Source: a virus (taxonomy: Duplodnaviria > Caudoviricetes). From it: a stretch of DNA of 53,770 bases. The translations under genes and the position numbers were made by a program. The stretch spans positions 1-53,770 of IMG/VR virus record IMGVR_UViG_3300009684_001705; one strand, given 5' to 3'. The notes beneath the pieces were generated by a model. That model was not told the origin of the DNA. It saw only the letters and a program-made list of their open reading frames with translations, and made no database searches. Positions 45,492 through 53,770 of the stretch are shown piece after piece; within the stretch, counting starts at the first letter, position 1, and every line of letters starts with the position of its first letter.

Positions 45492-46533
45492 TATAATATC
45501 TCTCAGATGGCACTGAGTATTTTTTCTTTATATCGATTTCTTGTTTAACTTGCCCGATCATATTTTTATAAAGACGAAATATATCAGAGTTTTTATTATC
45601 AATCAAATACGTATCTCGACAACTTAAAAATTGACTACCTGATTTACCTGCCACAAATTTAAGCGAGTTTTTCAAATTATAAATTAATGGCTTTATCGAT
45701 TCAATATAATTTGATTTAAATTTATGTTTAAATTCTTCGCCATCAACAATACAATTTTGAATATAGTAATTTTTAATAATGTGTAACTGTTTACGTATTA
45801 ATTTTTCTGCATCTGGATCTGTATAAAAATTAATTCTTGAAGCATTATTAAAATTGTATTTACAATAATTAGCGATAGAAGCATCGTCGAAATACGTATA
45901 AAATGCATCATTATTTTCTTCATAATTAAGATATGGTTTTTCAGCAGCTAATAATATAGCCGAGTTTTTTTTCAAATTTAAAAATTTATCGATATCATAC
46001 CAAAACAAATACGTTACGCTAGGATAAACACCGATAAATTTGTAATATTCAGCACCATACTGTTGATATAATGAAAAATTATTTAAATTTTTAAAATAAT
46101 CTGTATAATCTATAATTGTTTTTTTCGTATTAGGGAAATTCATAAAGTTCAAAGTGGGTATCACATTTTCATAAATTTCTCTATTATGATTAATATCTCC
46201 AATATTAGTTTTATCTTGAGAAAAAGAACCCACTGATACGATCTCATCTATATGAATATTATTGTAATAAAAAGACTCTAACATATTTGTTGAATCAATA
46301 CCACCAGAATAACATAAAACTACATAATCATATTTGTCACGAATCTGTTGAGCTCGTTGTTTATAAAGCTCCTGTAAAGATTCAGTGGGTTCTTTTTTCC
46401 AATCAACTTTTGAAAATTCAGCTGCTCGATAATTAAATTTTATTTCATTATTAGTTGACAAATTATATTTGATAGCATCGTATCTGTTATCAAAAGTTAA
46501 ATTTGGATTTATAACATCATAATAATGCATCAA
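45484..46533 (-). CDS. PP-loop (adenine nucleotide alpha-hydrolase) enzyme
   Basis: RAQQIRDKYDYVVLCYSGGIDS, IDEI, EKP. Confidence 0.75.
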   Translation of the reverse strand: MMHYYDVINPNLTFDNRYDAIKYNLSTNNEIKFNYRAAEFSKVDWKKEPTESLQELYKQRAQQIRDKYDYVVLCYSGGIDSTNMLESFYYNNIHIDEIVSVGSFSQDKTNIGDINHNREIYENVIPTLNFMNFPNTKKTIIDYTDYFKNLNNFSLYQQYGAEYYKFIGVYPSVTYLFWYDIDKFLNLKKNSAILLAAEKPYLNYEENNDAFYTYFDDASIANYCKYNFNNASRINFYTDPDAEKLIRKQLHIIKNYYIQNCIVDGEEFKHKFKSNYIESIKPLIYNLKNSLKFVAGKSGSQFLSCRDTYLIDNKNSDIFRLYKNMIGQVKQEIDIKKKYSVPSERYYIT

Positions 46534-47323
46534 AATACTTCTTTAAAAAAACATCAGGTTCCATAACCCACTTATAATTAGGAGTTTGTTTTCTACCAGT
46601 AATTAAATAACGTGCATAACTTTTGGTAATTTTTGTAAAATTAGCATATATTTTTTGTCTGTAAGGTATTTTATAAAGGTTACATTTAAATGTTTGAGAA
46701 TCTAAATTATTCATCTGACTAACCATAGAATATACGATTTCTGGCGTGTACATAAAAAAATCGTATGTGTAATTATCGATAATAACATCATTATAAAAAT
46801 CCCACTCGTTAACTTCTACAGCAACTTTATCGTTTATATCACCGATCATATGTTCAGCTTTGACGTATATACCACCGTTATTTTTAGCATATTCTGCCAT
46901 AATTAATGCTGGTACAGCACCTATACCAAAACTATTGAGTTTATCTTTAATGTCTAATTTAGATCTCATTAAAACGTTTTGTTCATCAATATTTAATATA
47001 GTCGGAATTATATTGTACTCTTTACAAATGTCAAAAGCTATTGATGATTCTTTTTCGTAACATTTACTATAAACTATTACAGGAGTAAATGGGACATCAT
47101 AAAACTTAAATTTACGAAAAACATATTCTGAATCAATACCACCACTAAGACCAATATAAATTTTATTGTTTATTTTATAAAGTTTTTCGATAACTTCTTT
47201 TGACGCCTGTTCAAAATCAAGTTTACGATAATTTGACACATTTATTGTAATATCGAAATTAGAATTATGGTCGTTCAATCTATTTGCAAGATTATGAGAA
47301 ATCCAGTTATTCTCTGATGGCAT
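46517..47323 (-). CDS. PP-loop enzyme
   Basis: IGLSGGIDSE, FFMYTPE. Confidence 0.72.
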   Translation of the reverse strand: MPSENNWISHNLANRLNDHNSNFDITINVSNYRKLDFEQASKEVIEKLYKINNKIYIGLSGGIDSEYVFRKFKFYDVPFTPVIVYSKCYEKESSIAFDICKEYNIIPTILNIDEQNVLMRSKLDIKDKLNSFGIGAVPALIMAEYAKNNGGIYVKAEHMIGDINDKVAVEVNEWDFYNDVIIDNYTYDFFMYTPEIVYSMVSQMNNLDSQTFKCNLYKIPYRQKIYANFTKITKSYARYLITGRKQTPNYKWVMEPDVFLKKYFDALL

Positions 47324-47753
47324 GAGATTTCCAAGTACCAAATATCATATCCCAGATAGGAAAGAACACACCATAGTTATAATTTTTGTTTATATGATGT
47401 ACAAGATGCCAACTACCGCTTGTTAGAAAAGGATATATATCAAATTTAGGATTATGTTCGACTGATTCTTGAATGAATGCTGCCCATATATAGTAGACGA
47501 CAAAGAGCCACCATCCAAAAAACAGGCTTAATACGATTGTAGGGATTACTTCTGTGTACCACTGATCGAGTGTACTTTTAGGCGAGTCGAAGTACAAGAA
47601 CAGGTTTTTCCAATTCAATCCTTGAATAGTATTATGAGATACCTGCTTGTGATGATCAGCATGAATATTTTTAAAATAAGGAAGTATATGTACTAGGCGA
47701 TGACACCAGTACACGACCAGAGTCCATAACAAAAACACAAAAACATAATACAT
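47307..47753 (-). CDS. fatty acid hydroxylase / sterol desaturase family membrane protein
   Basis: His boxes HRLVH, HADHH, HLVHH; NYG..WD..FGT. Confidence 0.88.
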   Translation of the reverse strand: MYYVFVFLLWTLVVYWCHRLVHILPYFKNIHADHHKQVSHNTIQGLNWKNLFLYFDSPKSTLDQWYTEVIPTIVLSLFFGWWLFVVYYIWAAFIQESVEHNPKFDIYPFLTSGSWHLVHHINKNYNYGVFFPIWDMIFGTWKSHAIRE

Positions 47754-47760
47754 GATGATT

Positions 47761-48024
47761 TTACTCTTCGTAAAAACCCTGTGTAACTGACCACTTGGTT
47801 TGACCGATATGAATAGGTCTTTCTATCTCATCGTATTTATAATCGGGGTCTAAGTCTTTTATGATCTCATAAAGAGCCAACTCTTCATCAGTTTTCCCTA
47901 TAATATTTACAATGTTATCAGTTTCCACCAACTGATAACCTTCCGGAACAATATCATCGATAGAATTAACTACAATTACACTTTCAACAATACCAGTTTC
48001 TAAATTTACAAGCGCCGCTTTCAT
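47761..48024 (-). CDS. hypothetical protein (possible fibre-associated chaperone)
   Basis: A....GIVE.VIV..HIG..W...GF pattern; follows a Gly-rich gene. Confidence 0.6.
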   Translation of the reverse strand: MKAALVNLETGIVESVIVVNSIDDIVPEGYQLVETDNIVNIIGKTDEELALYEIIKDLDPDYKYDEIERPIHIGQTKWSVTQGFYEE

Positions 48025-48032
48025 GATACCTC

Positions 48033-48833
48033 TCAATTAAAAGAAAATAGTAAAAATGAATTAGTTTCAGATGCATTCACAACAGTTGGTTGATATGTGA
48101 TAACAATTATACCATTTGCGCCCGCAGATCGTCCAGCTAAACCAGCAGCACCGCCACCACCACCACCATAAAGACCACCGTTACCACCAAATGTGTATAT
48201 AGTACTATCACCAGATGCGTATGAGTGGAAAGCGCCGCCGCCGCCGCCACCAGCATAAACACCAATAGAACCATTAGCACCATCGGAGCTATTACCACCA
48301 GCGCCACCAGCACCACCACTTGGTGATCCACCAGCACCACCAGCACCACCAATAGTTGTTAGTCCACCACTACCAGCATTACCAGCAGAAGTAGCACCAC
48401 CTGCACCACCACCACCACCACCACAAGAAGCTACTGTACTGTTACCTGATCCACCGTTACCACCGGCAAATTTAACAGTACCTACCGAAGTTGCTGTTAA
48501 ACCACCAACACCACCTGTATAACCGGAACCTTGGGAACCACCTTTGGCAAGAATCGCACCACTATTAAAACTTGTGTCGGAACCAGCAGTTCCTTGTGTG
48601 CCACCAGCACCAATAGCTATTGGAATATTAACACCGAATGGCAGTACTACGTTATTGCTTCGGGCATACGCACCACCACCACCACCTGGACCACCATAAT
48701 TAAGGCCAGCAGTTCCTTGAAGTAAACCACCAGCACCACCACCATAACATTCGATAGAATTGTTAGAATTGTTCCAATTAGATGGAAGTTTCCATGTTGT
48801 ACCAGAAGTTAAAATTATAACAGTATTTGCCAT
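48033..48833 (-). CDS. glycine-rich virion-type protein
   Basis: TSGTTW, GGGAGG, many GGGGG blocks, G.IVITY. Confidence 0.8.
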   Translation of the reverse strand: MANTVIILTSGTTWKLPSNWNNSNNSIECYGGGAGGLLQGTAGLNYGGPGGGGGAYARSNNVVLPFGVNIPIAIGAGGTQGTAGSDTSFNSGAILAKGGSQGSGYTGGVGGLTATSVGTVKFAGGNGGSGNSTVASCGGGGGGAGGATSAGNAGSGGLTTIGGAGGAGGSPSGGAGGAGGNSSDGANGSIGVYAGGGGGGAFHSYASGDSTIYTFGGNGGLYGGGGGGAAGLAGRSAGANGIIVITYQPTVVNASETNSFLLFSFN

Positions 48834-48845
48834 GGTGTCGCCTTA

Positions 48846-49298
48846 TTAACCGATAGCCCCGTCGACGATCACACTATTTGTAGTATAAACAAATACTGAC
48901 ATTGAACCATATTGTGTAGAGCAAGTATATGATCCAGTTCGTGAATTTAAAGTTACACCACTGGCATTACCAACAACAACATTACCTGTATTTAACATGT
49001 ATACTAAACATCTAAACCCAACAGGCAGACCAGTTGGCACAGTTACTGTCTTAAGAGCTGTATTAGAAATAGTAATAACTGAGCCACTATCATTAGCTGC
49101 CAAAGTATAATTGTCCGTTTTGTTTGACACAAACAAATTTGCACTAGTGATAGAGCCATTGACTGACATATTCGTAGAATTTACAGTGCAATAATTATTA
49201 CCACCAGCAATGATACTGAATGTGTTCGTACCAGAATACTGAATTCTATTATTGCCAGTTGATTCTAAATGTAAATTTGCTACTTGAAGTGTTGACAT
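48846..49298 (-). CDS. fibre-associated beta-rich protein
   Basis: YTLAANDSG..TVP..GF; similar to 52415-52930. Confidence 0.7.
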   Translation of the reverse strand: MSTLQVANLHLESTGNNRIQYSGTNTFSIIAGGNNYCTVNSTNMSVNGSITSANLFVSNKTDNYTLAANDSGSVITISNTALKTVTVPTGLPVGFRCLVYMLNTGNVVVGNASGVTLNSRTGSYTCSTQYGSMSVFVYTTNSVIVDGAIG

Positions 49299-49309
49299 TC
49301 TATTACCTT

Positions 49310-49855
49310 TTAATTAGAAAACAAATCGATTAAAGTCAAAGATGGACCAGTTTCCCATATAACTTCCATAAGAGGTCTTTCATAATCAAATCTAAATCTA
49401 GCAGCCTCTGGTTGATTCATTGATACACACTTAACTGTGCTATTTAAAACTCGACAGCTCATTGGCCTTACTTCATGAATATCACAAGAACTTTCGCTGT
49501 TTAAGAAAATACAAGGTTTTTTACCCAACCAATCTTTAAACGGTTTCTGGTTATCTTTCATAATTTCAGGCATATTATCAACCAGGTATTGTTTCCATTC
49601 TACAATAGTATCTTTACCTCTTTCGGCGATCATCTTGCGCATGTTATTTTTATCAATATATTCCGCAATATCATCCCACTCTATTTTAGAAGTAGGTGCA
49701 ATTTGACTACAACAGAAACCACAACCTTTTGCACATGCCAATTTTAACGGTTCTTTATTACTTAATTCATCGTGTACATTATGCACAGCTTTCGCAAATG
49801 TAACACCTTTTTTAATTTCTTTATCTACTAAAATTTTCACATCATTTTTATTCAT
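49310..49855 (-). CDS. YkgJ-family cysteine-cluster (CxxCxxCC) protein
   Basis: CAKGCGFCC..PCIFL..CDIHEVRPMSCR. Confidence 0.9.
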   Translation of the reverse strand: MNKNDVKILVDKEIKKGVTFAKAVHNVHDELSNKEPLKLACAKGCGFCCSQIAPTSKIEWDDIAEYIDKNNMRKMIAERGKDTIVEWKQYLVDNMPEIMKDNQKPFKDWLGKKPCIFLNSESSCDIHEVRPMSCRVLNSTVKCVSMNQPEAARFRFDYERPLMEVIWETGPSLTLIDLFSN

Positions 49856-49869
49856 AATATAACCTCATA

Positions 49870-50739
49870 TTAAGTGATATAAACTGTCCAGTTGTACATA
49901 ATGTTAGTTGGGTTAGTTGCCCATGTTGGGCTTACCTGTTTAAATTCAAAATAGCTACCAGCAGTAACAGCAATATTTAATGAAGTATTGCTAAAATATA
50001 ACGAACCAGAAGACGCCATATTAAGTGCAACGCTACCATGGAACGTCGTGTCAGTTGTGTTATTATATCTAAAATAGATAGTAAAAGTTTCTGCAGATCC
50101 TTGGGTACCAGCGGCATTATAAGTCGAAAGGTAAATCGCAGTTACGTTACCGGAAACTGGTATATATTGACGATTTTGATCGGCACTGGTAATTAATGTC
50201 GCCTGTGGTTGAGACCCAAAATAGTATGTAGTAGCGTCAGCAAAAGACGATTTCTGTAATGTACCAATTAATGCTAAACCTTTGGTTGAAACTGTTGACC
50301 AATATCCAGTAGTGCCATTTGAGGTAAGCAACTGACCAGCAGTACCAATTGTGCCATTAGCAATAATACCAGCAGTAGAACCAAAAGTAACATTTCCGTT
50401 ATGTACAGTGTTAGCTGAAAATGTAGTATTACCGGTAATCGTAGTGTTACTACCAGAAATAGTGGTGTTACCAGTAATCGTGGTGTTACCGCCAGAAATA
50501 GTGGTGTTACCAGAAATAGTGGTGTTACCGCCAGATGAAATAGTAATTACGTTAGATACACCGAAACCAACGTTTCCAGTTGCTGTAGAAACTAAAATAT
50601 TAACTGAAGAATTTGGTCCTAAATTTAAACCACCACCTGAAGATAGAACTAGCTGACCTGCCAAAGTATTGGCAGATTTAACAGAAACATCTGTAGTTGC
50701 ATTTACTGAATTGACTGTTGTAACTGAAAGTGTTGACAT
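49870..50739 (-). CDS. tail fibre-like protein with internal repeats
   Basis: T/N/G/S rich; GT.GQLLTSNG...YW motif. Confidence 0.75.
   Translation of the reverse strand: MSTLSVTTVNSVNATTDVSVKSANTLAGQLVLSSGGGLNLGPNSSVNILVSTATGNVGFGVSNVITISSGGNTTISGNTTISGGNTTITGNTTISGSNTTITGNTTFSANTVHNGNVTFGSTAGIIANGTIGTAGQLLTSNGTTGYWSTVSTKGLALIGTLQKSSFADATTYYFGSQPQATLITSADQNRQYIPVSGNVTAIYLSTYNAAGTQGSAETFTIYFRYNNTTDTTFHGSVALNMASSGSLYFSNTSLNIAVTAGSYFEFKQVSPTWATNPTNIMYNWTVYIT
50423..50545 (-). repeat. in-frame 18/21-bp tandem repeat
   Basis: About six units encoding I(S/T)G(G/S/-)NTT. Confidence 0.85.
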
Positions 50740-51401
50740 TATACGATTACCACCCTAGCGCCTGTTGATACGGTTATTGTATTACCAGTTCCAACTGTTA
50801 TTGGCCCAACAGCCAAAGAATTTTCACCAGTAGCGAAAGTAATATTATTTGAAACTGTGTTCGAATTTATACGAAACATATTGTTAACGTCGTTAGGGTC
50901 GCCGATAGCCCCTTTATTACCTTTATAATAACCACCACCGGCCGAAATTACACCATTAACATACAGACCGGTAGAATTAATATATGAATTTTGTACAGAA
51001 TTACCGATAAAAATCGCTGTCGTATTTACAACAACGTTGGCACCAACACCAACAGCCGATGTATTAACAAATACGTTAGCACCAGTATAAAAACCAGTGG
51101 CAAATGTTACGTTGGCTCCGATAAAGTTTAAATTGCCAGACATAACTCGTGAGTCAGTATTTTGAACATATCCAGAAGCAACAACACCACCGAGATTTGT
51201 GGCATTATTGGCTGTGCCTGAATATGCTGTCGAATTGATCGCAGCACTAACAGAAGAGTTACCGATGGTAAGGGAATTGTTTGTTAGTACAACACCATTT
51301 GATGTAGAGTTAATCGACGAGATATAAATTGCTGTCGAATTAACAACGATATTTGTGTTTACTACTAAACCATTTTTGACTACGAAATTAAAGTCAGCCA
51401 A
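50739..51401 (-). CDS. tail fibre-like protein
   Basis: NFVVKNGL start; YVQNTDSRVMSGNLNF; C-terminal GARVVIV. Confidence 0.75.
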   Translation of the reverse strand: MADFNFVVKNGLVVNTNIVVNSTAIYISSINSTSNGVVLTNNSLTIGNSSVSAAINSTAYSGTANNATNLGGVVASGYVQNTDSRVMSGNLNFIGANVTFATGFYTGANVFVNTSAVGVGANVVVNTTAIFIGNSVQNSYINSTGLYVNGVISAGGGYYKGNKGAIGDPNDVNNMFRINSNTVSNNITFATGENSLAVGPITVGTGNTITVSTGARVVIV

Positions 51402-51429
51402 AGATCACTCTCCCTGTTGGCGTTTCTTT

Positions 51430-51437
51430 TATTTATA
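51430..51437 (-). promoter_or_regulatory. T4-type late promoter
   Basis: Intergenic TATAAATA upstream of the ORF starting at 51401. Confidence 0.7.
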
Positions 51438-51494
51438 CAAATGCAATTATATCGATATAATAATATTACCAGTTATATACCAAATCGACTATAT

Positions 51495-52415
51495 TTACGG
51501 GGCACTTACGAATGTAAGAATAGCACGGCCATCTGTTCCGTTTGTTGATCCTGAACCACCTTGACCAGAGCCGTTTCTATCAGAATCTGCGCTATTTCCC
51601 GGTGTAGAACCACTTCCTGCTGTCAATGTTGCTGATGAAACTGTTCCTGAATTGAAATAACCAGATCCGCCACCGCCACCGCCAACATTACCACCACCAC
51701 CGCCATAGTAGCCACCACCACCACCACCGAGAGAACCATCGGCGTTTTGACCCAGTCCGCCAGTGAGAGCGGAACCTGCTGTAGAAGCATTGTAAGCAGC
51801 AGCAGCACCACCTGCGGACTGGGTGCCACCAGCACCTCCTTGTGTAGCTACACCAATGCCACCAGTTGTTCCTCCACCAGCACCAGCAGATGCAGCAAAT
51901 CCAGAATCAGACCCACCGCCACCACCACCAGCCATTAACCAAGCATTGCCTTGTGTTACACTTGTTGCAAAAATGCCTGTATAACCTGCACCTTCAGCAC
52001 CCCAACCCCTATTATTTGTTTGAACACCACCAGAAAGATATGTTGCGCCAGCCGTATTCAAATTAGCAATAGTGTTTCTGCTTCCACCACGAGCAATTCT
52101 TAGTATATAAGTTGATCCACTAGTTAACTGGAAAGTGCCGACAGCATAACCGCCGCCACCGCCCGTACCTATGCTTGTTGTCGGTGGATAGCTTGAAGTA
52201 TATGCGCCGCCCGGCGCACCACCACCACCCCACATCTTAGAAGTGACGGTCACAGTGCGAGACATCGTTATAGTATATTCACCAGATGTTCCTATATTCA
52301 AAGCGCCATCAGTAGTGAGGTTCCAACTTGAGATGCCTCCGACAGCCGGACTGATAGTAAAATCAACTACTTTAGAATTTGAAAAAGATGCAATCAATCC
52401 TACTACCGATGTCAT
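51495..52415 (-). CDS. glycine-rich virion-type protein
   Basis: MWGGGG, AGGGGG, GGGGGGYYGGGGG, GGGGSGY. Confidence 0.8.
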   Translation of the reverse strand: MTSVVGLIASFSNSKVVDFTISPAVGGISSWNLTTDGALNIGTSGEYTITMSRTVTVTSKMWGGGGAPGGAYTSSYPPTTSIGTGGGGGYAVGTFQLTSGSTYILRIARGGSRNTIANLNTAGATYLSGGVQTNNRGWGAEGAGYTGIFATSVTQGNAWLMAGGGGGGSDSGFAASAGAGGGTTGGIGVATQGGAGGTQSAGGAAAAYNASTAGSALTGGLGQNADGSLGGGGGGYYGGGGGNVGGGGGGSGYFNSGTVSSATLTAGSGSTPGNSADSDRNGSGQGGSGSTNGTDGRAILTFVSAP

Positions 52416-52930
52416 TATGTTAATCCTGCCCCAGAGATAACGAATGTGTTAGCAGCTACACAGACTACGGTGCAAATACCACGTTGTGCCAGTGTCCTAT
52501 TACCAGTGGTAGCAGTACCCGCCAAGTACATAGTTACGCTTGTGCCTTGTGTTATGGTCTGTGAACTTCCGCTGTTGTTGTAAATAGTTATGTTGTTACC
52601 AGCACTAAAAATGCTGCCGTTAATCGTGACACCACCGGTGGTAATATTAATCATCTTGCCGTTGTCAGCGGCTACTAACACATATGCTGCTGTTTTGTCG
52701 CTGTTAACTATATCACGCACGTTGCCGATAGTATCATACGTGCCAGAACTATTTGCAACAAATAAAGCTCCAACAGTAATGCTTAAACCATTAACAGAAA
52801 ATACACTAGTATTTACCAACAGTCTATCAGATGAACCTGTTCTGATGGTTACAACATCCGCAGTTGAACCAAGAATTCCATAAGTTTTACCTGTGCTTAA
52901 CCAAACGTTTGCTACTTGAATTTCTGACAT
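52415..52930 (-). CDS. fibre-associated beta-rich protein
   Basis: YVLVAADNGK..GNRTLAQRG..ISGAGLT. Confidence 0.75.
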   Translation of the reverse strand: MSEIQVANVWLSTGKTYGILGSTADVVTIRTGSSDRLLVNTSVFSVNGLSITVGALFVANSSGTYDTIGNVRDIVNSDKTAAYVLVAADNGKMINITTGGVTINGSIFSAGNNITIYNNSGSSQTITQGTSVTMYLAGTATTGNRTLAQRGICTVVCVAANTFVISGAGLT

Positions 52931-53770
52931 TATACGATCACCAATCTTGCACCTGTTTCGACTGTTAAAGTAAATCCTGTATTGACCTGATATGGACCAA
53001 CAATTAATGAGTTAACTGTATTTGATACAGTATAATTAAATCCTAAAGTTGGTTTATTTGCGTGTTGGATATGTGCTGTAACGGTAGTCAAATTAGTAGT
53101 TGAGTTTGCCGTGCTGTTACCAACAAACAAAGCTGTTGTATTAGCAATAACGTTTGCGCCAACAAACAAACCAGTATTAAAAAAGTTATTAGTACCTGTA
53201 AAATTCAAGTTACCAGAAAGAACTCTCGAATCTGTATTTTGTACGTATGATGCAGCAGCAACAGTACCCAAAAACGAAGCATTGTTAGCATCAATAGTAG
53301 CAATATATGTAGCATTCACAAACACACCAGTAGCATTAGCGACAATTCCGGTATTTGCTAGAACAGAGACCGTACCTGTGGTTGTGATAGGTCCGCCAGT
53401 CATACCATTGCCAGTAGCAATGTTTGTTACGGTTCCTGATCCACCACCTGCTGATGACCAATATACTGTTGTTCCATTTGATGTTAGCACTTGTCCGGTA
53501 GTACCTATACCACCATTTGCTTGAAGACCAACAGCAGTTCCAAGAACAACACGTGAAGTATTTGCAATAAACGAAGTACCAACGGAAAGAGTAGCGCCAT
53601 TAACAACGCCAGTACTGTAAATGCCAAGGGTGTTACCAAAATTACCGGATCCACCAAGATAAGTTGCACTATTAGCAGCAAGTGTGGCTACGTTAGAGGA
53701 CAACCCAGCAGTAGTTTGATAATTAGCAAGATTACTAGACAGTTGAGTATTCGAAACCACATTGGCAGCA
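52930..53770 (-). CDS. tail fibre-like protein, 5'-truncated by window edge
   Basis: Open frame to window end; GQVLTSNG, GTVTNIATG.GMTGGPITT, GARLVIV. Confidence 0.8.
   Translation of the reverse strand, partial: AANVVSNTQLSSNLANYQTTAGLSSNVATLAANSATYLGGSGNFGNTLGIYSTGVVNGATLSVGTSFIANTSRVVLGTAVGLQANGGIGTTGQVLTSNGTTVYWSSAGGGSGTVTNIATGNGMTGGPITTTGTVSVLANTGIVANATGVFVNATYIATIDANNASFLGTVAAASYVQNTDSRVLSGNLNFTGTNNFFNTGLFVGANVIANTTALFVGNSTANSTTNLTTVTAHIQHANKPTLGFNYTVSNTVNSLIVGPYQVNTGFTLTVETGARLVIV

Noticed and set aside
43102-47841. Intragenic TATAAATA matches as late promoters for island genes
   Set aside because: Chance matches are expected in such AT-rich DNA; not called without expression data.
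51120-53260. Diversity-generating retroelement template/variable repeat pair
   Set aside because: The shared segments are short, lie in coding regions and encode the same peptide; no reverse transcriptase is in the window.

Overview
Segment of a large T4-superfamily myophage genome; almost all genes are on the minus strand and the gene order resembles cyanophage/alphaproteobacterial T4-like phages (inference). In window order: (1) 1-4.0 kb, a minus-strand array of at least 18 tRNA genes under one sigma70-type promoter with a boxA-like element. It includes unusual Thr-AGT, short-arm Leu-TAG and Arg-TCG tRNAs and is interleaved with a tRNA-like RNA, several structured spacer RNAs, a 39-aa membrane ORF and a 506-aa radical SAM gene. 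(2) regA-gp62-gp44-gp45. (3) An 8.6-17.3 kb probable thymidine DNA-hypermodification cluster: TET/JBP dioxygenase, class-II glutamine amidotransferase, amidoligase, GNAT, GIY-YIG nuclease, aGPT-pyrophosphorylase/amino acid:DNA transferase, P-loop kinase, DUF3310-like protein and glycosyltransferase, with flanking MazG-like and DenV-like genes. (4) def, a 2OG oxygenase, gp46/47/55, uvsW/uvsY and gp3. (5) The head/tail block gp23 to gp13, with two candidate internal proteins bearing T4-type capsid-targeting sequences. (6) A 41.8-49.9 kb enzyme island: two TctC/Bug binding proteins, three PP-loop enzymes, a second amidoligase, a fatty-acid-hydroxylase-family enzyme and a YkgJ protein. (7) Modular fibre-like and Gly-rich genes running off the window end. 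All family calls come from motif recognition by eye; no searches were run.
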